A DNA stretch of 64,000 nucleotides from an uncultured Chroococcidiopsis sp. (GTDB lineage: Bacteria > Cyanobacteriota > Cyanobacteriia > Cyanobacteriales > Chroococcidiopsidaceae). The translations under genes were made by a program, and so were the position numbers. Below are positions 11,101 through 20,769 of this stretch, one piece after another (position 1 is the first letter of the stretch; every line of letters starts with the position of its first letter). A model generated the notes under the pieces. It saw nothing but the letters and a program-made list of their open reading frames with translations. It was not told the origin of the DNA and made no database searches. The stretch spans positions 204,453 through 268,452 of the forward strand of contig CAXTYC010000004.1 of the NCBI GenBank assembly GCA_964248365.1, in the 5' to 3' direction.

Positions 11101-11547
11101 TCACAAAACGATGCCGTGTCGGGCGCGAATTTCAAGTATGGACTGTTCCTTTAGCCGAGAAAACTCCTCAACCGCCAGTTTCTTTTTCATGCGTAAGCTC
11201 TTGAAGATGATGCTGATAATGCGTGGAAGGCTAGCGAACCAGATGTTAATTAACTTGAAGTACCCAATACCAGACAAAACATTGCGATGCTCAAGGCTAG
11301 CAACTGCACGATGCATTTCGCTGATTTTTGCCGTTGTAGCAAAGATCATCCATATATGTACGGCGATTTCGTCTTCAATAGAAGTGCCACAATTAAACAA
11401 GATGTGAACTGCATCATGCTGCTCCAATGCCTGCCTTACCTCTGCCGACATTTTGTTTGTCAGATCGGCTTCATGTTCTAATGCACACAATTTTTGAATG
11501 GCTTCGCCCAAAGTAATTGAAGTACCAAAACCAAATTGCTCATTCAT
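11101..11547 (-). CDS. Hypothetical protein with a Coq4-like HDxxH...E motif
   Basis: 148 aa; EQHDAVHILFNCGTSIEDE; AGGAG RBS upstream. Confidence 0.6.
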   Translation of the reverse strand: MNEQFGFGTSITLGEAIQKLCALEHEADLTNKMSAEVRQALEQHDAVHILFNCGTSIEDEIAVHIWMIFATTAKISEMHRAVASLEHRNVLSGIGYFKLINIWFASLPRIISIIFKSLRMKKKLAVEEFSRLKEQSILEIRARHGIVL

Positions 11548-12123
11548 GGCAACGCTCCTATCACAAACTGCTTTGATTAACTATCGTCGGGCGATCGTTA
11601 TGCTCTTAATGCTATTAAAATAGTACAAAAAAGTATTGGAGAAAGAGGGTATTAAAGTATACTAGGAGTGCTATTACATACAGCCGAACCGCCTTAGTTC
11701 AAATGTGATCTAGGGCGGTTCGGGATTGATATAGAGTTAGATATAGGGTGAGACACTAGACGTTTACTACCTAAAACCTCAGTTGGGTAGTAACCAAGTG
11801 AAGGAAACGACACAAACTTCACATCGTCTAGAGTCTGTATATGCACTGTCTGCACATATGCTGTCGCTTTGGTTCATGGCAGCTAAGGGTAAAATCGAAT
11901 ACCCATTCAGTACGTTTTTACTTACATTTACTAGAATAACACAACCATTGAGTTTAGCGCTGTCGCTCTAAAGTGGAATTCCTATCGTCTGCAACTTAGA
12001 CTTCTTTCAGCCATTTACATCTACCCTTGTGCTTATATTGCTGAAAAAATGAAAGTAATTGGTAGTTGGTAGTTGGTAACAGCGCGCTTGGTAACTGATA
12101 ACTGGTAACTGGTAACTGCTTTC

Positions 12124-12768
12124 TCAAAGCATAATTAAACCTTGTCTTGCTCCAAGGGTAACTGCTTCGGTGCGGCTAGAGGCGTTGAGCTTGGTGAATA
12201 TAGATGAGACGTGGAACTTGACTGTATGCTCAGAGATGCCCAAACGTCGGGCGATCGCTTTGTTACCCAACCCCTGGGCTAACATACCCAAAACCTCAAT
12301 TTCTCGCCCAGTCAACGCTTGCACTGGATTGGCATCATCAGGTCGAGTGGTAGAAGGTAATATAGGCAGCAGTGCATCCACTACTTCTGGGTGCAATACT
12401 ACCAGCCCAGCCGCAGCAGCAACAACTGTATGCAAAATCTCTTCCGCTGTTGTCGAGCGCGGTAATACTGCTCTTACACCTAAGCGTAGCGCTTCGGTTA
12501 TCCAGTCACCTGGGGGGGTATCGGCGAGGATAACAATTGCTACCACCCCCAAAGTGTTGAGTGTAACTAATTTCTCTGACACAGGTTCGTCATCTTGCAG
12601 CCCTAATTCTATTAGCACCACATCAGGCGAGTGTGCTGCTACCAAAGCAGCTAAGGTATCTGTATCAAATGCAATACCCACTACTGATAGATTGGGACTT
12701 GCTCGGAGAATGCTTTCCAACCCAGCACGTACAATCAAATCAGTAGCAACGACCAGAACACTTGTCAC
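12124..12768 (-). CDS. NarL/LuxR-family regulator with degenerate receiver domain
   Basis: C-terminal HTH LTGREIEVLGMLAQGLGNKAIARRLGISEHTVKFHVSSIFTKL; GTG start overlaps the upstream stop (GTGA). Confidence 0.9.
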   Translation of the reverse strand: MTSVLVVATDLIVRAGLESILRASPNLSVVGIAFDTDTLAALVAAHSPDVVLIELGLQDDEPVSEKLVTLNTLGVVAIVILADTPPGDWITEALRLGVRAVLPRSTTAEEILHTVVAAAAGLVVLHPEVVDALLPILPSTTRPDDANPVQALTGREIEVLGMLAQGLGNKAIARRLGISEHTVKFHVSSIFTKLNASSRTEAVTLGARQGLIML

Positions 12769-13616
12769 GCCGCCTCCGCTCCGGTTTTGCCATTTTGCGA
12801 TCGCACTGTGCAAGTCAGATGCTCAGCTCCACGCAGGAAATCAAGTTGCAGTGTATCCCCTGGGTTAATCTGCCCTAGTGCTTGTGCTAAGTCTGTAGTT
12901 GCTCGGAAAAATTGACCAGCAAACCCAATTAATACATCAAAAGTCTTTAGCCCTGCTGTTTGGGCTATGCTGCCTTGGTGTACTTCTAGGACTAACAAAC
13001 CTAATATACGCTTACCTCTTAGTCGTACAAAAACGGGTTGGATCGTTACCCCCAGTAATGGGCGTTCCTCATCCTGATGCACAAAACGCTCAACTGTATT
13101 GCTAGGTACAGCTAGAGCTAAACCGCCAGCAATTACAGTATTGATACCGATGACTCTACCTTGGGCATCTGCCAAAGAACCGCCAGAATTGCCTGGAGCT
13201 AGTCGAATATCTGCTTGTACCCATCTGCCTGGTGTATCATTGGGTGCGATCGCATGAATAATTCCAGTCGTCAAAGCACCGACAGCACCCAGAGGATTGC
13301 CCACAGCTAGCACTAGTTCACCCACTCGGAGAGTATCACAGTTGCCTATCGTCGCAGCTGGTAAATCGGTAGCATCAACTTTGATAAGGGCTAAATCCCG
13401 CTGGCGATCGCGCTTGATACATACAGCATCAAATACCCGTTTGTCTGACAGTTCTACCGTCGCCCTCATACCTCTAACTACATGAGCGTTAGTGATGATT
13501 AAGCCGTTAGAGTCCCAGATCACCCCAGAACCGCCCCCAAACCTTTGATGCACCTGGACAGTAGAACGGTTTAAATTTGCTGCTACCTTGGCTAATTCGT
13601 CATTTGGTGTAGCCAT
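12765..13616 (-). CDS. S1C (HtrA/DegP-like) serine protease with PDZ domain, no signal peptide
   Basis: TNAHVV, DLAL and PGNSGG triad motifs; C-terminal PDZ. Confidence 0.88.
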   Translation of the reverse strand: MATPNDELAKVAANLNRSTVQVHQRFGGGSGVIWDSNGLIITNAHVVRGMRATVELSDKRVFDAVCIKRDRQRDLALIKVDATDLPAATIGNCDTLRVGELVLAVGNPLGAVGALTTGIIHAIAPNDTPGRWVQADIRLAPGNSGGSLADAQGRVIGINTVIAGGLALAVPSNTVERFVHQDEERPLLGVTIQPVFVRLRGKRILGLLVLEVHQGSIAQTAGLKTFDVLIGFAGQFFRATTDLAQALGQINPGDTLQLDFLRGAEHLTCTVRSQNGKTGAEAA

Positions 13617-13679
13617 ATTATTCCTTTGCCGCTGTAAAATTATTTACTAGTTGAGTAGCAAAAATACCGCTTGTGAATT

Positions 13680-14612
13680 TCAAAGCGGTCTTTCACCCAC
13701 AGCGATCGCCACTTCAAGCAACGCCCCACCCCGAATAATCTGCACCTTGATGGTTTTACCCACAGATTCTGGATTTAACACTGCCTGCACATCTCCTGTA
13801 TCACTCACAAACTTGCCATCTAGCTCCAGTAGTACATCCCCGATCAAAATACCCGCGCGATCGGCAGGTCCATTTGGCTCAACATTGACAACAATCACCC
13901 CACCGTTACTTGCCAAATTCAAAGTATCCTTGAGGCGAGCGGGCAGTAGGATGGGCTGCATTCCCAAACCCAGGTAGCCCCGCGTAATGCGTCCTTTTTC
14001 CAGCAAGGTGTCAATCACGCGGTTAACTGTAGAAACGGGTATACCCAAAACCATGTTGCGAAGACCAGAGGTATTAATTCCTACAACATTGCCAGCTGCA
14101 TCTACTAAGGAACCGCCGGAAAAGCCTGGGTAAAGCGTCAAATCCAGCCGCAAGAACTCGCCAAGCCCACCGCACCAACCACGCCAAGCACCACCTTTGG
14201 CACTGACTACCCCTAAACTCGCACTCAACCCGCTTTCACCTGGACGCGCTACAGCAAGTACCATATGACCGACTTTGAGCGATTGAGTATCACCAATTTC
14301 AGCTATGGGTAGAGACGCGGCTTGTGTTTCTATATCCTCTAATTTCAGTACAGCCAAATCGTTACTAGCATCCCGACCTACTAGATTTGCAGGTACTATG
14401 CGATTATCTGGTAGTCTGACAGTAATTTCCTCGTCACGCCTAACTGTATGGTCAGCAGTGACGATTATGCCAGAACGCCAGTGAACGCCGCTTGAAGGTA
14501 TACGGTGTCGGGCATTGACTGCAACGACAGCACGACCAGCCTTTTCTACTGCATCAGCTAAATTATTCGAGAGAGTCAGCAACGTGCTGGGTATCTCGGA
14601 TGATGATGACAT
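13680..14612 (-). CDS. S1C (HtrA/DegP-like) serine protease with PDZ domain, no signal peptide
   Basis: TADHTV, DLAVL, PGFSGG; RGYLGL...GPADRAGILIGD PDZ; AGGAGG RBS. Confidence 0.88.
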   Translation of the reverse strand: MSSSSEIPSTLLTLSNNLADAVEKAGRAVVAVNARHRIPSSGVHWRSGIIVTADHTVRRDEEITVRLPDNRIVPANLVGRDASNDLAVLKLEDIETQAASLPIAEIGDTQSLKVGHMVLAVARPGESGLSASLGVVSAKGGAWRGWCGGLGEFLRLDLTLYPGFSGGSLVDAAGNVVGINTSGLRNMVLGIPVSTVNRVIDTLLEKGRITRGYLGLGMQPILLPARLKDTLNLASNGGVIVVNVEPNGPADRAGILIGDVLLELDGKFVSDTGDVQAVLNPESVGKTIKVQIIRGGALLEVAIAVGERPL

Positions 14613-14804
14613 TTCATTCCTCCTTTCCCTTATGCCTTAATCGTGCCGGATTTCAGGAATGGATCACATCAGTGAAATGGGGAGAAAAGTACCTAGAAAA
14701 ATGGCTAGGGACTAAGGGGCAGAGGAGAAAATCCAATCCAAAATCCAAAATTTAAAATCTAAAATCCAAAATTCCCTTTTCCCTTTTTCCTTTTCCCTAG
14801 CCTC

Positions 14805-15023
14805 TTAGGGAATTACGCGCTTTTCATGCCCAACAACAATATCTCTCAAGCCGCTGATAGAAGCTCTTAGGTCGCCAAAATCTCGTTCATGAGCAATTCT
14901 CAAGTCGTTGATAGAAGCTCTTAATTGGGCAATTTCCCGCTCGATGCGAGTCATGCACTCGTCACTAGCACTAATGAATTGCTCTAACAAAGCTTCAATC
15001 CTGTCGAGCCGATCTTGAGTTAT
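14805..15023 (-). pseudogene. Short coiled-coil ORF, probably a remnant (ATA at the expected start)
   Basis: (I)TQDRLDRIEALLEQF...LRASINDLR...LRASISGLR heptad pattern. Confidence 0.35.
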
Positions 15024-15166
15024 GAGGATTATGCTTAAGAAGCAGTCGGGCTAAAAATTATTATAACTGGGGCGATCGCCCCCAAGTCTTAGAGTCCAGT
15101 GTTAGACACTGCGATCGCGCTTTTCAGATGAGAGTAACAAATCACTTTTAGTTTGGCACTAACAGA

Positions 15167-15946
15167 TTATAATAATATTCTTTTTTCTCGTTCATTTAGA
15201 CATTTTAGCTCTAGCAAAATAGGCAAGTCTTTAATAATTTTTGAACTTTGCCTGATAAAAGCACCAGACCACTCTTTTAACCAGTAAGTATGTAAATTAC
15301 TAACACATTCTGTATCCCTACCTGAAAATGTTATTTCAGCAGAGTAGCTTATTTCAAATTTTTCTACCCCTTCAAAATTAGGACGAGCTAATTCCCAACA
15401 GCTTCTAGTTAATTCTACCCCTAGATAACTTGCGGTGAATTTACTTATATGATTGAGTACCTCTAAAAAATCTTTGATAGTATTCTCTTCCCCACGAACA
15501 TTTACTGCATTATTATTTATTTTTGACGTGTCAGCAGTAATTGCTGGGGAAATTGAGATATACTTAAAATAATCCTTTGATAAAATTTGAAATGTTAGAA
15601 TTGTATTATCAATATCTTCTTTCAGTACCTTCTGCAATTGCTTAGCTGCCACTAGCTTGATTGCTGGCACATCTTTAATGGTTAAAACTAAAAGGGTAAC
15701 GGTAGGATTAATATTATAAGTATAAGCATAATAACCCTTTACAGGAAATTCAAAAAAATCCAACTCAGAAGTTTTTACTAGATCTTCAACAATGCGTGTA
15801 ATACTCCCAGTTAGACTTTGTTTTTCCTGTATAATTAGTTTATCCTTAAAATGGAGATATGATTTTAATTGTCCATCAATTAGGAAAATTCCTAAACCTA
15901 CAACTCCTGGTAACTTTAAAAAATTACTGATAACATCTTGACTCAT
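15167..15946 (-). CDS. Conserved-type cyanobacterial hypothetical protein (AT-rich gene)
   Basis: 259-aa ORF; N-terminus FLKLPGVVGLGIFLIDG is roadblock-like. Confidence 0.6.
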   Translation of the reverse strand: MSQDVISNFLKLPGVVGLGIFLIDGQLKSYLHFKDKLIIQEKQSLTGSITRIVEDLVKTSELDFFEFPVKGYYAYTYNINPTVTLLVLTIKDVPAIKLVAAKQLQKVLKEDIDNTILTFQILSKDYFKYISISPAITADTSKINNNAVNVRGEENTIKDFLEVLNHISKFTASYLGVELTRSCWELARPNFEGVEKFEISYSAEITFSGRDTECVSNLHTYWLKEWSGAFIRQSSKIIKDLPILLELKCLNEREKRILL

Positions 15947-16301
15947 AAACTAATACACTACATCTCTTGCAAAAGATACTTTGCAAAAAGCCTACTGATT
16001 GGCTCCAGGTATAATACTTATAGGTAAATTTAACTTTATTGCTATGCTTTTAATAACCGTAATTTTACGGAAAAACTGAGAATAATTAATTCTTCCTGTA
16101 GGAAAAATAAGTAAATTTATTTACTTGATTGGTGTCAAGTATTACCTATTTTCTTTTCTACCCTCTGCCCCAGGGCAATTTCTGCTTCCCCTAGAGCAAC
16201 AATGGGTAATCTTTGGGTGGGTAAGTAATAATACCCCCGTTCCCAAGCTAAGGCTAGAAACGGGTGGTTAAAAGGAATGACTTGTAAAACAATCTTTAAA
16301 T

Positions 16302-16856
16302 TTAGCGCTTACGGATAAATATTTGAGTGAAATAGTACTCACCTTTAGCATTCTTTGCAACACCAATACCAGTCATGTTGTAGTTACCCTCAATATTCTG
16401 GCGGTGTCCGGTACTATTTAACCAACCTTGAACTGCTTTAGTAGCTGGATCAGAATAGCCCATATTGTAAGCGACATTTTCAGCTGCTGCTCTATAAGGA
16501 ATCATTGTAGCGATCGCCGCGACTCGCTGTTGAAAGCCATCGTGACTAAAAGGAACTGCACCACTTGCCATATTTTGACTATGGGTTCTGGCAATATTAC
16601 TAATACGTTCATCTATAGTAAGTGGTGGCAAGCCGCGCTGCTGTCGATATTGATTGATCTGAGTGTGTACTGCTTGTTCTATAGAGGCAAAGGGATTAGT
16701 AGTAGACCCAGCAATGTCAGTCGGGGTGGTTGTAGATAGAACCTGATGGTTTAAATTTGCATTGGAGATAGGAGCGGCATTAACTGAAATTCCTAGTGTT
16801 CCGGTTGCAAGGACAACTGAACTTAATGCTATTTGGGTGAACAAAGATTGCTTCAT
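16302..16856 (-). CDS. CAP (SCP/PR-1) domain secreted protein
   Basis: Signal peptide; INQYRQQRGLPPL, HSQNMA, AENVAYN, WLNSTGHRQNI, YYFTQIF. Confidence 0.92.
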   Translation of the reverse strand: MKQSLFTQIALSSVVLATGTLGISVNAAPISNANLNHQVLSTTTPTDIAGSTTNPFASIEQAVHTQINQYRQQRGLPPLTIDERISNIARTHSQNMASGAVPFSHDGFQQRVAAIATMIPYRAAAENVAYNMGYSDPATKAVQGWLNSTGHRQNIEGNYNMTGIGVAKNAKGEYYFTQIFIRKR

Positions 16857-17222
16857 TAAGCTAATTCCAACTATTAACTAAATTTTTCAGACAAGTCCAA
16901 ATCAAAAAATGCCAAGCAGATTTACTGATAGCATCAAATTCGCTATCAAATATTTGCTTTTGCAATCAAAAACTTTGGAATTGCTGTAATTAACGTAGAC
17001 GCAAGAAGCTTGCGGCTTCTCCTATGTCAACGCCTCAAGTAGCTTTACATAATTCAGCCACAAAATTAAGTTAACTTTAAATTTACTTTGCCACCAAGCG
17101 AATGTTTACTGATTTTTATATGGGCGTAATTCTACTGACAATTTGAGTCTAAGTATATATATAAATTAAGTTATATACTTGAAAATACGGTGGTTAAAAA
17201 GGCTTTACTTTGCTAATAAAAT

Positions 17223-17753
17223 TTACCACCAAGTACGGATAAATATTTGAGTGAAATAGTACTCACCCTTAGCATTTTTGACAACTCCAATTCCAGTTAA
17301 GTTATACTGCCCTTCAATATTGATCCGATGACCAGGGCTTTTAATCCAGCCTTCAACAGCCTGCTGCACTGGATTGCTATATCCTTTGTTAAAAGCGACA
17401 TTTTCAGCCGCAGATCTGTAAGGAATTACGCGGTTAATTGTCTGGATGCGTTGCTCAAATCCACCATGCCCAAAAGGAACTTTACCATTTGCCATTGCCC
17501 TACTATGTAATCTTGCCTGTTCACTAATGCGCGGATCAAGAGTCAAAGGCGGTAAGTTGTGAGAGGCGCGATACTGGTTAATTTGTTGGTGAACGGACTG
17601 TTCCAAGGAAGTGGGACGAATGGTACTTGCAGTAGCAGCCTTCGATGATGTTTTGTTAGCTGGTAGAATTTGACGAAATACAGAATTGCGATCGCAGCCT
17701 GTTAAGACACTAAAGACAAGCATCAGGGTGATCGCAGCATATAATTTTCCCAT
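17223..17753 (-). CDS. CAP domain lipoprotein, tandem paralog of 16302-16856
   Basis: Lipobox LTGC; AENVAFN, WIKSPGHRINI, YYFTQIF. Confidence 0.92.
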   Translation of the reverse strand: MGKLYAAITLMLVFSVLTGCDRNSVFRQILPANKTSSKAATASTIRPTSLEQSVHQQINQYRASHNLPPLTLDPRISEQARLHSRAMANGKVPFGHGGFEQRIQTINRVIPYRSAAENVAFNKGYSNPVQQAVEGWIKSPGHRINIEGQYNLTGIGVVKNAKGEYYFTQIFIRTWW

Positions 17754-17865
17754 TGCCTATTTTAGTTTATTGCGAACTTGATAATTGATAATTGTTCATT
17801 GATTATGCCTCTTGTTACTACGACGTGCGCTTGGTAACGAGGGGTAGGAGGAAAACAGAAATACA

Positions 17866-17909
17866 TCAATCATAAGATAGAGGTGTTATTGTAGCTTTTA
17901 TCACATCAT
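17866..17909 (+). promoter_or_regulatory. Putative 16-bp activator box plus -10 element upstream of the ACAD cluster
   Basis: TCAATC-ATAA-GATAGA, 22 nt, then CATCAT. Confidence 0.45.
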
Positions 17910-17935
17910 CTTCATAGTATTTGAAGAAAGATTAA

Positions 17936-19150
17936 GTGAAAGAGGCTAATATTACTACTCAACTTTGGGCGGATGGAATTTACCGCCAACTAATATCTGT
18001 TGCTGATATTTTAGAACGTGCTACAGAAATTGCTAACTACTGTGCAACCAATGCCGCAGCCGTCGATTACAATGGGGCTTTTCCTGCCAAAGAGTTTGAG
18101 CTAATTGCCTCTTCTGGATTGTTAGCAGCACCTTTGCAACCCAAATATGGCGGACTAGGCATGGGTATTGATGCAGGTGTCACTTGGGAACTGTTACTAT
18201 TGCTCAAGCAGCTAGGGAGGGGTAATCTTGCTGTTGGTCGCATTTATGAGGGACACGTCAATGCCCTGCAATTGATTCAGACTTTTGGGACAAAAGAACA
18301 GATAGAGCGATTAGCTCTTGATGCTTGTCGCCACAAAATTTTTGGAGTTTGGAACGCCGAAGCCGCTGATGGAGTGAAAATTATTCCCCTGGATAACGGG
18401 CGATATCGGCTAGTTGGTTCTAAAACCTTTGCTTCTGGATCGGGTTACGTAGAACGTCCCTTTGTGAATGGAGAATTGCCCGATGGCACTTGGCAAATGT
18501 GTATAGTGCCAATGGATGAGGTAGCTACAATTAGCGATCCTGCATGGTGGCAACCTTCTGGAATGCGGGCAACGGCAAGTTACAAGGTAGATTTTAGCGG
18601 TGTGGAACTCGAAGCCTTATGGTTAATTGGTAAGCCTGGTGACTATTTTAGGCAACCTTGGCTGAGTGCAGGAGTAATTCGCTTTGCCGCAGTGCAACTC
18701 GGTGGGGCGGAGGCGTTATTCGACGCTACTCGTCAGTATCTTCAGGAATTGGGCAGAATTAACGATCCTCACCAGCAAGCACGTTTAGGCAAGATGGCGA
18801 TCGCAATTGAAAGCGGTAATCTGTGGCTGGGAGGGGCAGCCCAAAAAGTCAAAGCGATCGCCCCTATCTTCGGGGGTTATCCCACTTTGCCCAACCACCA
18901 AGCAGATAAGCTGGTTGCCTATGCCAATATGGTACGAACTGTCATTGAGCAAATCTGCATGGATGTCATACAACTATGCCAACGCTCAGTCGGTACGAGG
19001 GGCTTGCTACCACCTCATCCGATGGAACGAATCATCAGAGATTTATCGTTGTATCTCCGCCAACCCGTCTTTGATTTAGCCTTGACAAATGTCGGGCAGT
19101 ATGCTCTGTCAGATTCAACCTGTGCTAGTTCGCTGTGGTCATATGAATAG
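17936..19150 (+). CDS. Acyl-CoA dehydrogenase-like flavoprotein
   Basis: GRIYEGHVNAL, GSKTFASG, GMRATAS, ERIIRDLSLYLRQP. Confidence 0.85.
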   Translation: MKEANITTQLWADGIYRQLISVADILERATEIANYCATNAAAVDYNGAFPAKEFELIASSGLLAAPLQPKYGGLGMGIDAGVTWELLLLLKQLGRGNLAVGRIYEGHVNALQLIQTFGTKEQIERLALDACRHKIFGVWNAEAADGVKIIPLDNGRYRLVGSKTFASGSGYVERPFVNGELPDGTWQMCIVPMDEVATISDPAWWQPSGMRATASYKVDFSGVELEALWLIGKPGDYFRQPWLSAGVIRFAAVQLGGAEALFDATRQYLQELGRINDPHQQARLGKMAIAIESGNLWLGGAAQKVKAIAPIFGGYPTLPNHQADKLVAYANMVRTVIEQICMDVIQLCQRSVGTRGLLPPHPMERIIRDLSLYLRQPVFDLALTNVGQYALSDSTCASSLWSYE

Positions 19151-19877
19151 CCAGGTAATGAATCAGTCACCGCTCGTTAATCCAACAGTTTTACCGTTAC
19201 TTCCCCCGTGTGCGGTTGCTACAGATAATGTGCTTGTCGTCGCACCGCATCCAGATGACGAAACTTTGGGTTGTGGTGGAGCGATCGCGCTTTTACGCTC
19301 TTTGGGTTGCAAAGTGCAGGTACTGGTAATTAGTGATGGTACACTGTCTCATCCCCACTCTCGCAAGTATCCTGCGCCTGCATTACGGGCATTGCGGGAA
19401 TCAGAAACCCTAGCAGCAATGTCATTGCTTGGGGTTGACGCAAGTGATGTTACCTTTTTAGGGTTGCCAGATGGAGCCATCCCAACGCAGGCATCTGCCC
19501 AGCTAAAAGATGCAGTTGCCAAGTGTCGTCCCAATACTATCTTTTTACCTGTGCGGTATGACCCCCATCCAGACCATCGCGCTACCTGGGAATTGATACA
19601 CGCTGCCCTAGTAGATCTACTACTATCACCACGAATTATTGAATATCCGATCTGGGATTGGGACACGAAGCAACGGGGGAACTTACCAGAACCGGATAGG
19701 GTACGAGCTTGGCGACTCGATATTAGTCAAGTTGTGGAGTTAAAGCAACAAGCGATCGCGGCTTACCGTTCTCAAACAACCGACTTAATTGACGACGATC
19801 CAGAAGGCTTTCGGCTCACACCAGAAATGCTGGCAAATTTCACCCGTCCTTGGGAAGTTTATCTAGAAGCACAATAA
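19143..19877 (+). CDS. PIG-L/LmbE family deacetylase
   Basis: VAPHPDDETLGCGG, HPDH, AIAAYRSQ; ATG at 19143 overlaps the ACAD stop. Confidence 0.9.
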   Translation: MNSQVMNQSPLVNPTVLPLLPPCAVATDNVLVVAPHPDDETLGCGGAIALLRSLGCKVQVLVISDGTLSHPHSRKYPAPALRALRESETLAAMSLLGVDASDVTFLGLPDGAIPTQASAQLKDAVAKCRPNTIFLPVRYDPHPDHRATWELIHAALVDLLLSPRIIEYPIWDWDTKQRGNLPEPDRVRAWRLDISQVVELKQQAIAAYRSQTTDLIDDDPEGFRLTPEMLANFTRPWEVYLEAQ

Positions 19878-19919
19878 TCAATGATCAATTATCAATTATC
19901 AATTATCAATTGATGAACC

Positions 19920-19973
19920 GTAGGGTGGGCAATGCCCACCATTACTAGATTTGGTGGGCATTGCCCACCCTAC
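19920..19973. repeat. REP doublet (inverted pair of GTAG-type palindromes)
   Basis: GTAGGGTGGGCAATGCCCACC ... GGTGGGCATTGCCCACCCTAC. Confidence 0.8.
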
Positions 19974-20014
19974 TAGATCTGACAAAATCTAAAATCTAAA
20001 ATCTAAAATCTAAA

Positions 20015-20602
20015 ATGGCATCCCAAAAACCATCTTTACCAGCAAGCTATTTTGACGAGCTTTACAACGCCGATCCCGATCCCTGGAAGTTTGAAACCAG
20101 CGAATACGAAGCTTCCAAATATGCTGCTACAATCTCCGCCTTACCCAAAGAACGATATAAATCTGCTTTTGAAATTGGCTGTTCGATTGGTGTACTAACT
20201 CAAAAATTAGCCAGTCGCTGCGATTCTCTTTTATCGATAGATGTCTCTGAACCAGCACTAGAAAAAGCACTTGGGCGCTGTCAGTCTTTGTCTCAAGTAC
20301 GCTTTGAATTGATGAGCGTACCACAAAAGTATCCAAAACAGATGTTCGACCTAACTCTAGTTTCCGAAGTAGGTTATTACTGGTGTTGGGAAGATTTAAG
20401 AAAAGCACAACAACTGATGCTCGATCATCTAGAACCAGGAGGACATCTGCTACTAGTTCATTGGACACTCTACGCCAAGGATTACCCCTTGAGTGGTGAT
20501 GAGGTACATGATTCGTTTTTTGAACTAGTTCCCACCCAACTGAGACATTTAAAAGCTCAACGCGAGGAACAATATCGACTCGATCTATTTGAGCGGATTT
20601 AA
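20015..20602 (+). CDS. NodS-like SAM-dependent methyltransferase
   Basis: YFDELY..DPDPWKFETSEYE, FEIGCSIG, FDLTLVSEVGYY, GGHLLLVHW. Confidence 0.85.
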   Translation: MASQKPSLPASYFDELYNADPDPWKFETSEYEASKYAATISALPKERYKSAFEIGCSIGVLTQKLASRCDSLLSIDVSEPALEKALGRCQSLSQVRFELMSVPQKYPKQMFDLTLVSEVGYYWCWEDLRKAQQLMLDHLEPGGHLLLVHWTLYAKDYPLSGDEVHDSFFELVPTQLRHLKAQREEQYRLDLFERI

Positions 20603-20769
20603 GTAACGTAGGGTGCGTTAGCTTCAAGCGTAACGCACCTAAAAGTGGATAAAAATACTTGATTATCCTTCGTTTTGCTTAGCGAAGATCGCACCTACAA
20701 AGCACAAGTGGCTCCTTAGCGTCTATGCGCGACACAATCATCCTAAATCTGGGCAATAATTGCTAATAC

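Noticed and set aside
12170..12868. 232-aa plus-strand ORF
   Set aside because: Antisense shadow of the LuxR regulator; no motif
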